Shown one piece after another: positions 1 to 12,917 of a DNA stretch of 39,997 bases. The DNA lies in contig OZ237748.1 in assembly GCA_965178125.1 (NCBI GenBank), positions 1,178,001 to 1,217,997 of the forward strand, in the 5' to 3' direction. Numbering within the stretch: position 1 is the stretch's first letter; each line of letters starts with the position of its first letter. The DNA is from Bilabrum cf. latius (Eukaryota). The position numbers and the translations under genes were made by a program. Below the pieces are notes generated by a model. That model had not been told where the DNA came from. It did not search any database and was given only the letters and a program-made list of their open reading frames with translations.

Positions 1-72
1 ACGAAGAGTGGAGGTTGGCATTTCTCCAGTCAATCGCCTCCATTCGGGGTGGAAGAGCTCAGGACTGACAGA
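1..72 (+). repeat. End of a terminal-repeat-like sequence; identical to the reverse complement of 23187-23258
   Basis: ACGAAGAGTGGAGG...GGACTGACAGA matches 23187-23258 (minus strand) base for base. Identity stops after ACTGACAGA in both copies; the left end is cut by the window edge. Confidence 0.9.
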
Positions 73-87
73 CTAGACATGGCCTTA

Positions 88-126
88 GGCCCCTTCCCCC
101 GTCTGCCTTACGGGGGGGAAGGGGCC
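88..126. other. GC-rich hairpin
   Basis: GGCCCCTTCCCCC (88-100) pairs with GGGGGAAGGGGCC (114-126), a 13-bp perfect stem just after the 1-72 repeat. Confidence 0.7.
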
Positions 127-792
127 GGGAGCAGGGCGCGCCTCGTCCCGAAGCGAGGGAAGCCCAGCGCGGGCGTGACTCGCAGGGTGGTCGCGCAGCT
201 GGTCGCAAGCTGGTCCTGTGGCAGGCCTGGGGGGAGCCGGATGAATGGCCTTGCCGGCTGCTGACCTACGATATTCCGTGCAAAGATTGTTGCATTCAAC
301 ATAGTATGCAATCTATAGCCATGGCGTTTGAATGCGTGCGCGCAGGGTTGTCGGGGTCGCTCACTTCCACAGGTTGTCACTGCCACGGCATCGTCGTAGT
401 ACCCAGTGTTGTACACACGAACGCACCAAAGCTGCGAGCCAGCAAGTTAAGTTGAACACGATGTCTACACGACTTGTTGGTATTGTGATGTAAGTCACAG
501 CTCTTCTGAGCATCGCCACGTATGCCAGTCGTGTACAGGAAATCGCCACGTCACGGTGGCGTTGCCGAGCGGCGAAGATGAATTCCTGAAACACACTCTC
601 GCCTTGCAGCGATGCATGCACCTCGAGCAACCGACTGCCACACACAGTGTTGGAACGCCGCAGTCGTGCATCGTGGAGCCAATATCTGTCCCAATGCAAT
701 GGCGCTGGTGCGGGCGCCGTCTGATCTCCCTGCGAGCAGCGAGGTCCAGAATTCGGATGGTCGGGCCGCTCAGGAAGATGAGTGAAAATCGG

Positions 793-1453
793 GATCTATC
801 ACTGCGAGATTGTTTCGTCATGGTCTACAGTCCTCGCTACGATGCTTGGCTCTCAGGGCGGTGGCGTATTGCCACCTTTGTAGACACGCGTGTGTCTAGT
901 GACCGACCTGGCTCTATCTCCAGGTCATGTGCTAGTGGTCGGGCAGCCCTGGTATGGGCTGCCGAGTCACCATGCCTCACGGCTCTGCCAAGACTTGGAT
1001 TGTCTTGGCGAAGCGGTTACAACCGCTAACAGCGCGGAGCAACAGCCCTGTATCGATTCACTGCCAGTCAGTGCTTGCCCAAGGGGGAAGGTGGGCGGGT
1101 AAAATGTGATGAGTTACGAATGAAAAGACTGGCGATGGGATGCGATAGTAGGCACTGCTGCAGTAGCGCGGCTGTGGTAGTAACTGCGGGGATGGTGGGT
1201 GGGTTCAAAACAACAAGCAGCGGGAATCACCTCCTCTGGAGTTGCCCCTGCCTGTCTTCCCAGTGTGTATTGCCACATAATGACAATTATTACTGAGAAT
1301 ATCGGGGCACAGCTGTAGAACACAGGTGCCACCGAAATTCCGAACAAGTGAGAGCCTCACATCTGCGCTCGGACTTGCGACCAATACTACACAATCTCTC
1401 CGATCTAAATCACTTCGTAACGTGCCTCCGTACCTACGGCACACAACTGACGG
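793..1453. mobile_element. Dispersed non-coding repeat, copy 1 (661 bp), probable non-autonomous element or solo terminal repeat
   Basis: GATCTATCACTG...ACAACTGACGG is near-identical to 6247-6794 with sharp boundaries and unrelated flanks. This copy has a different, longer internal segment at about 1081-1205. Confidence 0.8.
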
Positions 1454-4400
1454 TTTCGGGCTCGGCCGTCGGGGCAAATTTCCGGTGCGTTGCCAGCGTC
1501 GGAGCTCATCGGAGCGCGGCGCGTAGGTTACTCCAGGTCTCAATCTAGCGATCCGGCGGGGCGGCGGGGCGGGTTGGCGTGGTCGAGCAGAGCGGATCGC
1601 GAAAACGACGGAAAGTTTTGCAGCATTGCCCGCCCAGCGGATGCCGTTGCCAGTGGGTGCGTTGCAATGTTTGTCGAAATACGCAGAGATTTGCAAGATG
1701 GATTTTCGAGTTAGGTCCTCGTTCGCGAGCGAGGTCCCCGGACGTCCGATTTCGGCTTGCTGCCGACGGAATTCTCGAGGTTTTTCGCCCCGGCATGCGC
1801 TTTCCCAGCGGTGATCGTGAAGCCGACTGGCATACAAAGTTGCGGATGCGTGATATCAAGTGCTTGGTTGGGGTCCGATGCCGGGTCCGGCGCGCGTGCG
1901 CGGCGCTAGGTCCAATTGTCAAAGTAGGGTGGGAGCGAGCCTATATATAATATCCTTAATCGTCTTAATTCTTTTTTTCGTTGTGTGTCTCCGCTGGTGG
2001 ACCAATCCACCGGTGGATTCAGGCACATCCGATCGGATGGCGATGGCTCTGTGTTCGCTGCCATGTCTGGTTGTATTTGGGTGGTTGAGTCTGTAATAGA
2101 AGCTTTCACGGAGGTCACGATGTCAGTCAGTGACTCATCGGATGTTGCGTTGACGACTTGCGAGCTCACGCCGTCCTTGCGAAGAGAGCGTGAGGCTTCT
2201 GGCGAGCATGGTCGCTCTTGCAGCCATTTTATCACTATCTATTATATCGCATGGCGTTGCGGAGAAACTGCACGAAGGCGTGGAACAGCGCTACGAGGAC
2301 GCTCACGTGGTGTGGCACGAGCACCTGGAAGCCTCCACCGCCGCTTCCCGGCGCCTCGACGCCGCTTCATTCAGCGTCACCAGCATTAAACTGACGGCAA
2401 ATCGCGCGTTAAGCGCAAGGAGGATGCTTCGTGCGGTGCTACATGTGATCGAGGCGGCACGCCGCGTGGAGCAGGATGCCAACGCCACGATCGCGAGGCA
2501 CGGCGCGCCGCAGGAGGCACATGAGCTGCTCGAGGCCAAGTACGGTGGCATATTATGCAGCGTAAAGAAGATCATGTGCGTTCCCGAGCCGGACAAGGAG
2601 GTCAGGTGCGCGAAAAGCGGAACAACCGTGGCATATTTGAGCCTGTGATGTCAGGCAAGTCCACCACGTCACCCTCATCCTAGCTCTCGCATCACGTGGA
2701 ACTGCTGATTCAAGGAGACTTCCCAACTGATTTGGTGGAGAATGCAACGCTCAAATCCATCGATGCAGAGGTGCTGCTATTTCCCCGCCTGGACGCTGAG
2801 GTGCACGGGGTGGAAGCCATGGCGCAAGGGGTGCTTCTGGAGGCACGCGACCCAGATGCCGGCAGCCCCGCAGGAGTGGCTGAGCAGCTGCGCGCCTCTT
2901 CCCGCCGGCTGGACGCGTGGGGGACGCGGGGGCGCGAGGTAGGCAAGCGCAAGGTGGCCGTGGTGCTGTTTGAATGGACGGACCCGTACGAGGGCACGAG
3001 GTTCGAGTTTCCCGAGGACATGATCAACGGGACGTGGGAGCGGATGGCAAACCTTGACGCTCTCGCGAAGAAGTGGAGCTACGGTGCACTGGAGTGGTAG
3101 ACTGACCTGTACGGCATTTACGAGCTGGGGTCTATCCGATACAGCGACCTCGAGCTCATGGCCGAGGAGGGCGCGCGCAGGTTCGAGAGGAGTGCCGTGG
3201 GCAGGCAGCTGGACCTGCTGGAGAAGTACGACTACGTCGCCTACTGGTAGTACTGGTACCCGCCCGCCTCCTTCACGCACGCCGGCGCCTTTGCTGACCA
3301 GCTGGGCAGGTTTTCTTATTACCAGGGCCTGGCGTCAGATCCACGGTGGTTCGAATTCGTCATGATGCACGAAATCGGCCACAACTTTGGCGTGGAGCAC
3401 GTGGGGCTGCTTGATTCCGAGTACGGGGACAGGTGGAGCGTCATGGGATACGGCCCGAAGGAGGGTGCCGGCTTCATCTGCGCCGACAAGTGGAGGAACA
3501 ACTGGATCAGCGACAAGAGGACGGCCCTCGTGAGTCAGAAAGGGGCGGCTGCCGACTGCCCCGGGTGCCTGCCGAGCGGCAGCGTCATTGAGCTAGGGCC
3601 AACCGATATGACCCGCCTTCCCAGCGACGGACCTGACGCCGACACGCCGCCATCCCTGCGGCCCGAGAAGACGAGGGAGTCACAATTGCACCTGTGCCTG
3701 GGTATCGCCCTCACCCCGGAAGGCTACAAGTCCCCCCATTCATTGATGTCTCAATACACCGGCATGCCGAGCGGCTACTTCCGACGCTGGCTCTTCATCG
3801 ATACTTTTGCCTGGAGCGTAAAGGCCTACGAAAGGGGGACCGACCGCAGGGGGTAGTTGCACATGTATGTGGGGAACTACGCCATAGTGCGCAAGAACGT
3901 TAATTAGGTCAATCCGGACACGGAGTGGGAGCATTACGAGAGCGATGGGTCTGTCATTGCCGGAGTGCCCAAGGGAGGGGTGCACATCTACGACGGTTCG
4001 GATCGGCCGGAATCTCGTGATGAGTACGGAAGCCCTTTTGTTCTGATCAGGTACATCGACTCGAAGAACTGGCCGTTTGACCGCAGAGCACCCATCAACA
4101 TTTCTGCGCCCGAGGGCATGGACGCCTACCCCTCCTCTAAGGTAGCCGTAGAGTACACCAACTTCTGGGGCGATGGGCTGTACGGCAAGGGTTGCAGCCT
4201 GCACGCATGCCAGGAGACGATCCAGGAGAGGATCATGAATGCACCTCGCCTGACCCTGGGCCGGATCGACCACGAGGTTCTGGTCGCCCGGTCCGAGCAC
4301 ACCTTTACCTGGAGGATCGATGCTGGTACTGGCGGCCCTCTGCAGCTGTCCCTGTGCCCCGGGGAGAGCGACTACGACGGTGACGTCCCTCCCGTTGGTG

Positions 4401-6246
4401 TCAGCGTCGCTCTGCACCGGGAGTCAATACCGCCGAGGGAGGTGCTGGGGTACGGTGCCCACCCGCACACGCGTGCCTACGTCCGCGGCAAGCGGTGCTT
4501 CGGACAGGATAGCATCGACGAGCGGTACGCAAGCGAGTTCCTGGGGCATGTGGAGCTGGTTCCGGGCGAGAGCTACTACCTGACCGTGTCTGTGAAAGAG
4601 CCAGAGGTGGTCCTTCGCCCGAGGGAGTCGTACCCGATTCACGTCCGGCAGGAGCAGGTCAACCTGCCCTGTGATCAGGTGTCTACTCCCGTGGGGGTGT
4701 TGACGGAGCAAGAGGGGCTGGTGAACGGCAAGCGCAAGTGGGCGGATGCAGAGGGGGTGCGGACGGTGCAGTGGCCCGGCAGCGAGTGGGTAGCCACGAT
4801 CAGCGCCTTCGGACGAGACCAAACCATCCCGCTGGGAAGCGACAAATCTGCCTTCGAGAACGCCATCGTGTGCGTGTGCCCCGAGGGGGCAGTGGCGGCA
4901 TACATGAGCCTGTACTTTGGGAACGAGGACGGGGGCAGGGGCATCTGCAGGACGTGTCCCGTGGGCACCACGTCGAGGGGGGGCTCGCGCGTGCAGGAGG
5001 AGTGCATGACGCGATGTAGGCGTACGATGCAGCGAAAAATGCTGTCGAGCGAGGGGGGGGTCAGGATGCCGAGCAGGTGGGCCTGAAGCTGGCCAAGGAT
5101 ATGGTGTAGGACGGCACGTACGAGAGCGTCCCTGAGGCGATCATTAAGGAGAACATGGTGGCAATGACCGATTACCGCGCCCACGTCGTGGATGTCAAGT
5201 GGGGAGACCCTGTGCAGGGGCGTGGGTGCGCGGGACAGGTGCCGGACAGTGAATCCGGGCTTGCACCTGGCGAGTGCATAGTGGAGTACACCACCACGGG
5301 GGCCATCGCTCAGATGGCTCGCATCGACAGTTTGCTGGAAGATGGGCTCGCGACTGGTGAAAAGAGAGCCACGGTGCCAGTTAACCACACCTTCACGCAC
5401 CAGCAGCCGTGGGCATGGTGGTCCTTCACCATCGACAGGCCCACGTCCGTCTCAATCGACACCTGCCTGAACGGGTCTCGAACCGACGACCGACTGGACC
5501 TGGGCCTGGCCGTCTTCACCATCGAGTCCAACAGGTACGTGCCCGTGTGGCAGAGCCTGGGGATGAACGTCCCTGCGAGTACCAATGCCCGCAGCGTGCA
5601 GTCCCACTGCACCAATCTTGACGTGAGGTCCCCGCACAGCCAGCTGGCACATACCAGCATCCCGACCAACACGAACCACGCAACCGGCGAGTCAATCCCG
5701 GTCAAGGTCGTGGTGATGGCCTACTCGAACAACTGGCTGTACAAACCCGAGGACATGTTCTTCGATGGACAGATCATCGTGGAGTAGAGGCACTCAGTCG
5801 TCGGGTGCAGGCACAACCAGTTCTACGTCAGCACTTACTACTTCCCTGTCAGGGAGATGCCCGACCCGCAGCCGGGCACCGGCGTGCCTATGTATGCCCC
5901 CATCGTCAACGAATGGGACACCTGGCGCGCCACGTCCTTCCCGGAAGGCCGGAACTGGGACTACCTCGCCAAGGCTGGCCCTGACAGCGACAAGTGGGGC
6001 GAGTTCAACTCGACCCATCACCTGCTGAAGACCACTACGATCAATTACGAGCGCCCGTGGTGCTACTGCAGCTGGGGGAGCAACAGCTGGTACGAACCCC
6101 AGAACAAGTGCACCCTGTGCCCCAAGAACATGGTCGGCAGCGATATGAGGGGGTGCTCGTGCCCCTGGCCGATGGTTGGTGTTGGGGAGCACTGCGACCA
6201 CTGCGCCGCTGAAAATTACCTGGCACCAACTGGCTGCGTCGCCTGC

Positions 6247-6794
6247 GATCTATCACTGCGAGATTGTTTCGTCTTGGTCTACAGTCCTCGCTACGATGCT
6301 TGGCTCTCAGGGCGGTGGCGTATTGCCACCTTTGTGGACACGCGTGTGTCTAGTGACCGACCTGGCTCTATCTCCAGGTCATGTGCTAGTGGTCGGGCAG
6401 CCCTGGTATGGGCTGCCGAGTCACCATGCCTCACGGCTCTGCCAAGACTTGGATTGTCTTGGCGAAGCGGTTACAACCGCTAACAGCGCGGAGCAACAGC
6501 CTTGTATCGATTCACTGCCAGTCAGTGCTTGCCCCGCCGTTACCCTCGAAACATCAAGCAGTGGGAATCACCCCCTATGGAGTTGCCCCTGCCTGTCTTC
6601 CCAGTGTGTATTGCCACATAATGACAATTATTACTGAGAATATCGGGGCACAGCTGTAGAACACAGGTGCCACCGAAATTCCGAACAAGTGAGAGCCTCA
6701 CATCTGCGCTCGGACTTGCGACCAATACTACACAATCTCTCCGATCTAAATCACTTCGTAACGTGCCTCCGTACCTACGGCACACAACTGACGG
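6247..6794. mobile_element. Dispersed repeat, copy 2 (548 bp), inserted in the protease coding sequence
   Basis: Near-identical to 793-1453. Begins immediately after the Cys codon TGC (6244-6246) of GCVAC; no target-site duplication visible. Confidence 0.85.
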
Positions 6795-7339
6795 ACTGGT
6801 GGCAGACGCAACCTTGATTCTCGTGTGGTCGGCAAGCAGCAGTGCTCCCTGTGGGATGAAAACGCCCCCGTACCGGTGCAAGAGCAGCCCAGGAACGTGG
6901 CAACGGTCCTTTCTCTCGTGCTGGAGCCGAGCCACCAGCCTAGAACCGGCGCGATTTCACCAGCGGCGGCATCTCGCAGGAAGTTCCCATCGAGGGCCTG
7001 CTGCCGGACCCTCCCACGAGCTTCGGCAGCTCGCATGGGCTCCACCTCCTTGGCTTCCCACACGCCATTATAAGCAGCCATTGGATCCTCGTTCTGGAAG
7101 GACACTCGCAGGCGATCACAGGAAGGGGCGTCGCAGCCGCGGTACAGCGAGGCGTCAGGCATGCCCATGAAGGGGACTTCGTCCACTGGGCAATCCACAC
7201 ATTCAGAAGCGTCATCGTCTTTCGTGGAATCGAGACCGTCGCAGGTCTGCTCGCCCTCCGACTCGTCCTTGTCGGACAGCGGCTACCAGCTGCTTGCCTA
7301 CCCCGAGTCAGCCAGGATGTGGGTGTTGCGACCGATGGC
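6795..7339 (-). other. Inverted 545-bp coding segment of the protease gene
   Basis: The minus strand reads AIGRNTHILADSG*ASSW*PLSDKDESEGEQTCDGLDSTKDDDASECVDCPVDEVPF...RLRLPPV (asterisks are TAG). Flipping it joins 6246 to 7340 in frame. Confidence 0.8.
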
Positions 7340-10300
7340 GCACGACTCCGTACCCCTGCTAGCACGCTGCTCGCTGGAAAGCGACTCGGGAACGCTGCAC
7401 TTCGCTGAGACGCTGGAGGCTGGGTGCTGGGAACGGATGGGCATCGAGGCCAATCCTCTCGCGGCCACGGAATCCTGTGATCGAGCAGCGGATGGGTACT
7501 TCCTGGACGAGGAGACAGCCCTCCCATCCCTTTGCCCTACCCTCCTGAACTCAACGGATAGCAACGTGACGATGCCATCGGGCTGTGCTCCGGGTGCATT
7601 CGACCTTGCGATGCCCCGGTGGCGCAAGCACGAGATCGAGGCGATCGAGGGCACGTGCGAACCCGGATCACTGGCGGACATTGGCTGCTCCTTCGGCTGC
7701 ATGGACGGCAAGTGCACGTGCCCGGCCGGCATGGCCTACGTCTACGAGGACAGTACCTGCGAGGTGTGTCCCGGGGGTACGTTCGCCACCGCCACTGACG
7801 GCCGCTGCCAGAAGTGCCCCGACGGGTCAACGTCACGCAGGGGCACTGCCCGTGCCTCGGATTGCGAGTGCTCTAAGGGCCTGGTCATGCAGGGAGAGGG
7901 CACCAATGCGGCATGTGGTGCACCTGATAGTCTGTATGTGCGTGTGCTTGGACAGGAGCACAGCCACGTCGCGGGGCAATACGTCAGGACGCCCTCGGAC
8001 CTGCCCGGCCTGCACGATGGGTTGCTGAATGGGAGACCCGTCTACCAGCAGCTGCATCCCCTTCGCGCTCCAGGGACCTACCTGGGCTGGGCGCGGCCGG
8101 CGCAGAACGATAAGGGGGGAGAGTGGGCATTTTTCCCCAACACGACCGACGACTTTGCCAGGTTCGCTGCAGCACCCGACAGGCAGGTGCTCAGCCCCTA
8201 CTTAGTGGATCCAGACGACTGGGAGCAGTTCAACAGCTCTACCTATTTCTTCCAGAAGGACGTCGAGATTCAGGTGGTGCTCAGGAGCGGGATTGCCGGC
8301 GTGGAGCACCCAATGCACTCCACCAGAGGACCCGTTGCTATGCAGAAGCATCCTTCACAGGAACAGCTCATCGCCCGACTGGTCGAGAATGGCCTCGCGC
8401 CTGCAGACACCTGTATTTCTTCGGGCAGTGCCGAGCTCTACCACGCGCTAGAGTCGGGTCTGGAGCTCCTCAAGAGGCCCACGAGCATGCTGCAGCGGCT
8501 GCCAGGACTAAAGGGAGCCATGGACTGGGCCGCCTGCGGCGATGCAGCTATCCCAACCTATACCATCGCTGCCACTACCCAGGCCGCGATGGAGGCTGCA
8601 TCTGTTGTGCGCGGTAGAGCGCGCTACGATTCCATGGCGGCATCGGCAAGCATCCTCGAGTCCCGCCTGGAGGCACATGCAGCCTCCGTGGCGACCTGGC
8701 TAGACGCCCGCACCTGGCTGCTTGCTGGCTTGGAGGTACCCTACGAGTACAACTGCAGCGCGTCCGAGATTGCCGCCATGGACGCTAGCTTCACCGTTGC
8801 TGACGCAGTGAATGCGTTTGAAACCGCGATGAATACCATTACCGTGAACTGCAGCGACTTTGGGTCGGGTGACCTGAACGGGATGCATCCCAGTATGTAC
8901 ATGCCTGGGTCCTCTATTTGGAGGCTGCTCACCAATGGTCCTATAAAGGCCGTGCATGTGCTTGCTAATGAGACGCTAACGGATGCCAAGTTGCTGTTTG
9001 AGGGGTACGAGGAGGAGCTGGGGGCGGACTCCAGTGCGAACATGCAGGACCGTGCCGCTGCCACCGCGCAGCTGCCACTGCAGGGACTCCTTGTGCAGGC
9101 CGCAAGGGGGCTACTGGTGCTGTCAAGCGTGACTCAGACGGAAGAACAGCTGTCCAGCGGCAGCATCTCGTCGATCTCAGGTGCCATTTGCCTAAAGGAC
9201 GCGGCTTGCGATGGAGGATGGCAGACCTACACCCCGTCCAGCATGCACGTTGGGTGCCACGCCTCCTGCGAGTCGTCTGCCGACGCAGTGAGCCTTGCCG
9301 CAGAGCTCAAGACGTGTGCCAGCAACTGCCGCAGGGGCTACTGTTCTGTCGAGGGCACGTGCCAGTGCAGCGCCGGCGCGTACGGCACGTGGTGCGATGC
9401 CAGCACGCCTGCCTGCGACAATGTGAATTGCGGGCGGGACGGGGTGTGCGAGGATGGAGCGTGCAAGTGCAACGAGGGGTACGAGGGCAAGCACTGCCAG
9501 ATCCGGGTGCCCACTTACACAAGCACCTACCTGGGCGGCCCTTGCGCCATCGGAGAAGGCGGGTTCTGCGGGAGGCACGGCAAGTGCACGGTCGTGGGAG
9601 ATATGCCTGTGTGCGAGTGCCTTGACGGGTACTGGGGCTCTGCTTGCCACATCCCGTCCGGGGTTGTTGTGGCGGGCGAGCCGGCAGGGGAGGTGGCTCT
9701 ATCTACCCGTTCAGTGGTACACATTCAGGAGAATACGGTGCTGCAGAGGATTCGCGTCTCTACTGGGGCGGCGGAAGCTAGGACGGAGAAGGTGAACCTG
9801 CCGAAGGACGGGACGGCCGTGGTGATTGCCACATTCCCAGGCGTTGAGCTGCCCCGGGGGGCTCGCGTCTCCTCTGCCACGGCGCAATTCGAAGCGGATC
9901 GAGACGACAGTGAGCCCCTGGGCGTGGAGGTGTCGCTGGGGATCGTGGATGATGGAGAGGACTTCCAGCACGTCGATTCTCTTGCTGACGTGGGCATCAT
10001 GTGCGAGCCCGTGAGGTGGGAGGTGCCAAAGCACGCCTTGGAGGTGCCTGTGGTGAGCACGCCTAGCTTCGCTCGTGCCCTAGAGGAGCTCGCGGGGCAT
10101 GCGCGTTGGACTGGCTATGGCACGGTGGTGGTGATGCTGCGGTCTTGGAAGGGCACGGGGCTGCGGGCCATGCGAACGTCGTTCGCTAAGCTTGACTATG
10201 CCTTCCAGCGGCCTGTTGCGGTGGTGGTTCCTGCGGGTGATGATGCCATGGAGAGCATGAACGGCACTGCCAGCGACACGGGCGTGACGACCGTGGTCTC

Positions 10301-11564
10301 TCAGTCGGACCCCCGTTGTCCGCCTCTTGAAGGACCCACCTGCACCGGAAGAGACTTGTGGGACGGTTCCCTTGGCATGTGCGTGCTGCGCCCCGCTGCT
10401 CCCATTGTCTGCCCTCCTGGGATGCTGCTCGACACTGGGGCCCAAACCTGCTTCCCGAGGATTGAATCGGAGGTATGGCCCGTATGCATCGACGATGGCT
10501 CTGCTCTGGATACGGAGCTCCTCGAGTGCAGCTATCCCGACGAGCTGCAGCCCACATGCAGCGACACGTAGATCCTTACGAACGCGTTCTAGTGCGTCGA
10601 GGCTCCCAAGGCGCGCTTCTGTCCTCCTAACGCGCTATACAACCAGAGCTCCAAGTCCTGCGTGACTCTGTGCGAATCCAGCTCCAACGTGATCGGATTT
10701 GGAGCGAGCGGGGGCATGCCCAACGGCGACTGCGCCTTCGTCAACGCCACGGAAAACGACGGCTCCGGCACGCTTTGCCCGTCGAATCCCGTGAACTACG
10801 GGATCAAGAAGGTGGGCAACGAGGTCAAGACGGTCGTCACCGAACTGGTTGAGCAGGTGGTCAGCGGAGCCCTCACGTTCCGCGGGTTGAACCTCGGATC
10901 TTTCGGGGTGGGCATGAAAAACGCGATCAAGAGGAGCTTGGCCCGCACTGGCGGCGTGGATTCGTCCAGGGTGATTATCACCAACATCTTCCGGAAGGAC
11001 CGAGGCGCTGCTAGAAGGCTGCAGGTGGGGTAGCCCTCCAACGGCACGCAAGCCAACAACACGCAGGCCAATGGGACGTCCTCTGACGGCGGCAATTATG
11101 GTAATGGTGGTGATGACAATGGCATCACGATTGAGTACGATGTGCTTGTCGACGATCCCAACACAGCTGACGCCATCGCGACGGCTCTTGATCCAAGCAC
11201 CACCGTCAACGCATCGGCCACGGAAGGTGGCATGGGTGGTGGTAGTGGTGGAATTGGAGCTCCCCCGGTGCAGATATCGTCCCTTGCCCTCATCAGGGCC
11301 ATCTTAGAGGAAGAGCTGGAGGTGGAGAACGTCACGGTGCCAGTCGGCGCCCTTGACGTGGAGCTGGAGCCTCCGCAGCAGGTCTACCGTACCTACGACG
11401 TCGGATTCGAGGAGCCGTCTGCAGTGGACCTGGTGGGTCTGGCTATGGGCATTCCCAGCCCATCCCCCAGTCCCACGCCCTCCAGCTCGCCCACGCCGAG
11501 CATCACCCCATCCACCAGCAGCACCCCCTCTACTACCAGCACCACGACGACTACGCCCACACCA

Positions 11565-11753
11565 GTGAGTCCTCTCGTGCTCCTGCCTGCACTTGCCCAC
11601 TGCTTCGCCTGAAACTGCCCATTGACCAGGTCACATTTGTTTGTTTGCCCCCGTACATGGGTTCTCTAACCCCCTTGTACAGCCTGCTCTGGATGGTAGC
11701 AGTGTATCCGATAAATTTGTTCAAGCCATTATGGTTTTTAAACTCTCCCGCAG
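11565..11753 (+). other. Spliceosomal intron (phase 0)
   Basis: Donor GTGAGT at 11565 and acceptor CTCTCCCGCAG ending at 11753. Removal avoids TGA 11610 and continues the S/T/P stalk into a 36-nt exon (STSSTASVSATP, 11754-11789). Confidence 0.7.
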
Positions 11754-11789
11754 TCGACTTCCTCGACGGCAAGCGTATCCGCCACACCG

Positions 11790-11985
11790 GTGAGCCAAAT
11801 GATGTATTCATCGATCGTCTCGCCTTCACGTAGTGCACCTAGGTATTGCAGGTGCAAGGCGAGTGTCAGAACGCTCTGCCACTCACGGCTGAAGCATTCC
11901 ATAGGCAGAGTCCCAGTGACCATATCGCAAAACCAACTCCTTAGCCTTCCTCCAGACTGTTGCTCTTGTACATTTTTTCCTGCAG
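11790..11985 (+). other. Spliceosomal intron (phase 0)
   Basis: Donor GTGAGC at 11790 and acceptor TTTTTTCCTGCAG ending at 11985. The next exon continues SPSVSSTTSPSP in frame to the TM helix. Confidence 0.75.
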
Positions 11986-12917
11986 TCGCCTTCAGTTTCA
12001 AGCACGACGTCGCCATCGCCTTCAGCTACCTCTACCTCGAGCAGCAGCTCAAGTCCGACGCCCAGCATCAGTGGCAGCAACAGCCCCAGCACCACCGCAA
12101 GCATCACTCCGTCGTCGAGCAGCAGCCCCGGCAGCAGCCCCAGCAGCAGCCCCGCTCTCAGCGGCAGCGCCAGCGCCAGTACTTCCCCCACCCCTATCTC
12201 CAACTCCCTCCTAGATGCAGCAGTTGACGGCGACGCGGACAGCGGCCTGAGCAAAAACACCATGATTGGCGTCATCATCGGCTCCATCACAGGCGGGCTG
12301 ATTGTGCTGGCGGTGGGACTGCTGGCAACTAATCGCTACTGCGGGCCCAGTCCTAGGATCAAGTAGCCCTCAAGGGGTCGCGTGACCAAGGGCAGCAAGG
12401 GAGGGAAGCAAGGCAACAGTGACCCGGTGGGGACACTGGAGGGCGGGCAGAGCTTCCAGATACAGACACCGATGGGATAGAGGTACGCAGGGGCTGCAGC
12501 AACGACATCTGCAGAGGGCAGTGGTGCAGGGGCAAGGCAGGCTAGGTCAGGAGTAGAGGGAGGACGTGGGCCCTCTTAGGGCTAATGGCGTGGGCTGGCC
12601 CCGCTCCATCAGATGCGAAGGCATAGCCGGTGAAGAGCCAGCAGCACTTGCTGCAGTACCGCTCGTCGGGCATTGGTGGGAAGTGAGAGGAAGAATGTGG
12701 CTCATCCCGGATGGAGGGACTTGTTGCGTTCATGGAAGCGGTGGCTGAATGAATGATGAGTGCGGTGCAGATTGGAAGCGGGTCCGGTGTCGTACCCGTA
12801 CGGCCTCTTCCTTTGCTATTTTTGCGGTATACTAGGAGCGTGACCACATTCATCGCGCATAGATTATCCGGATCAGGTAATGCGGCTCGAATACGGATCG
12901 AAATGAAATCATCTGAT

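Larger units (their letters stand above)
2208..12585 (+). pseudogene. Giant type-I membrane metzincin zinc metalloprotease (peptidase M11/gametolysin-like) with CxxCPxG Cys-rich and EGF-like repeats, Ser/Thr/Pro stalk, one TM helix and cytoplasmic tail; disrupted in this copy
   Basis: Signal peptide MVALAAILSLSIISHGVA at 2208; HEIGHNFGVEH zinc motif (about 3368-3400) followed by EYGD..SVMG Met-turn; EGF repeats about 9330-9650; TM IGVIIGSITGGLIVLAVGLLA about 12265-12330. ORFs 2696/3362/3965, 5155/5857 and 7161/10662/11142 are joined in frame through TAG codons. Ends at TAA 12583-12585. Disruptions: frame change or intron near 2600-2655, frameshift near 5005, insertion 6247-6794, inversion 6795-7339. 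Confidence 0.8.

Noticed and set aside
793-1453. Firm Helitron call for the dispersed repeat
   Set aside because: A TC near the start and a subterminal hairpin exist, but shared sequence extends past CTGA and the A/T insertion rule is not met in both copies.
108-2235. Short ORFs in the first 2.2 kb
   Set aside because: No recognisable motifs or consistent codon bias; several lie inside the repeat.
7161-7339. N-terminus of the 1136-aa ORF as a real gene start
   Set aside because: It is the antisense reading of the inverted segment; the protein-like frame is on the minus strand.
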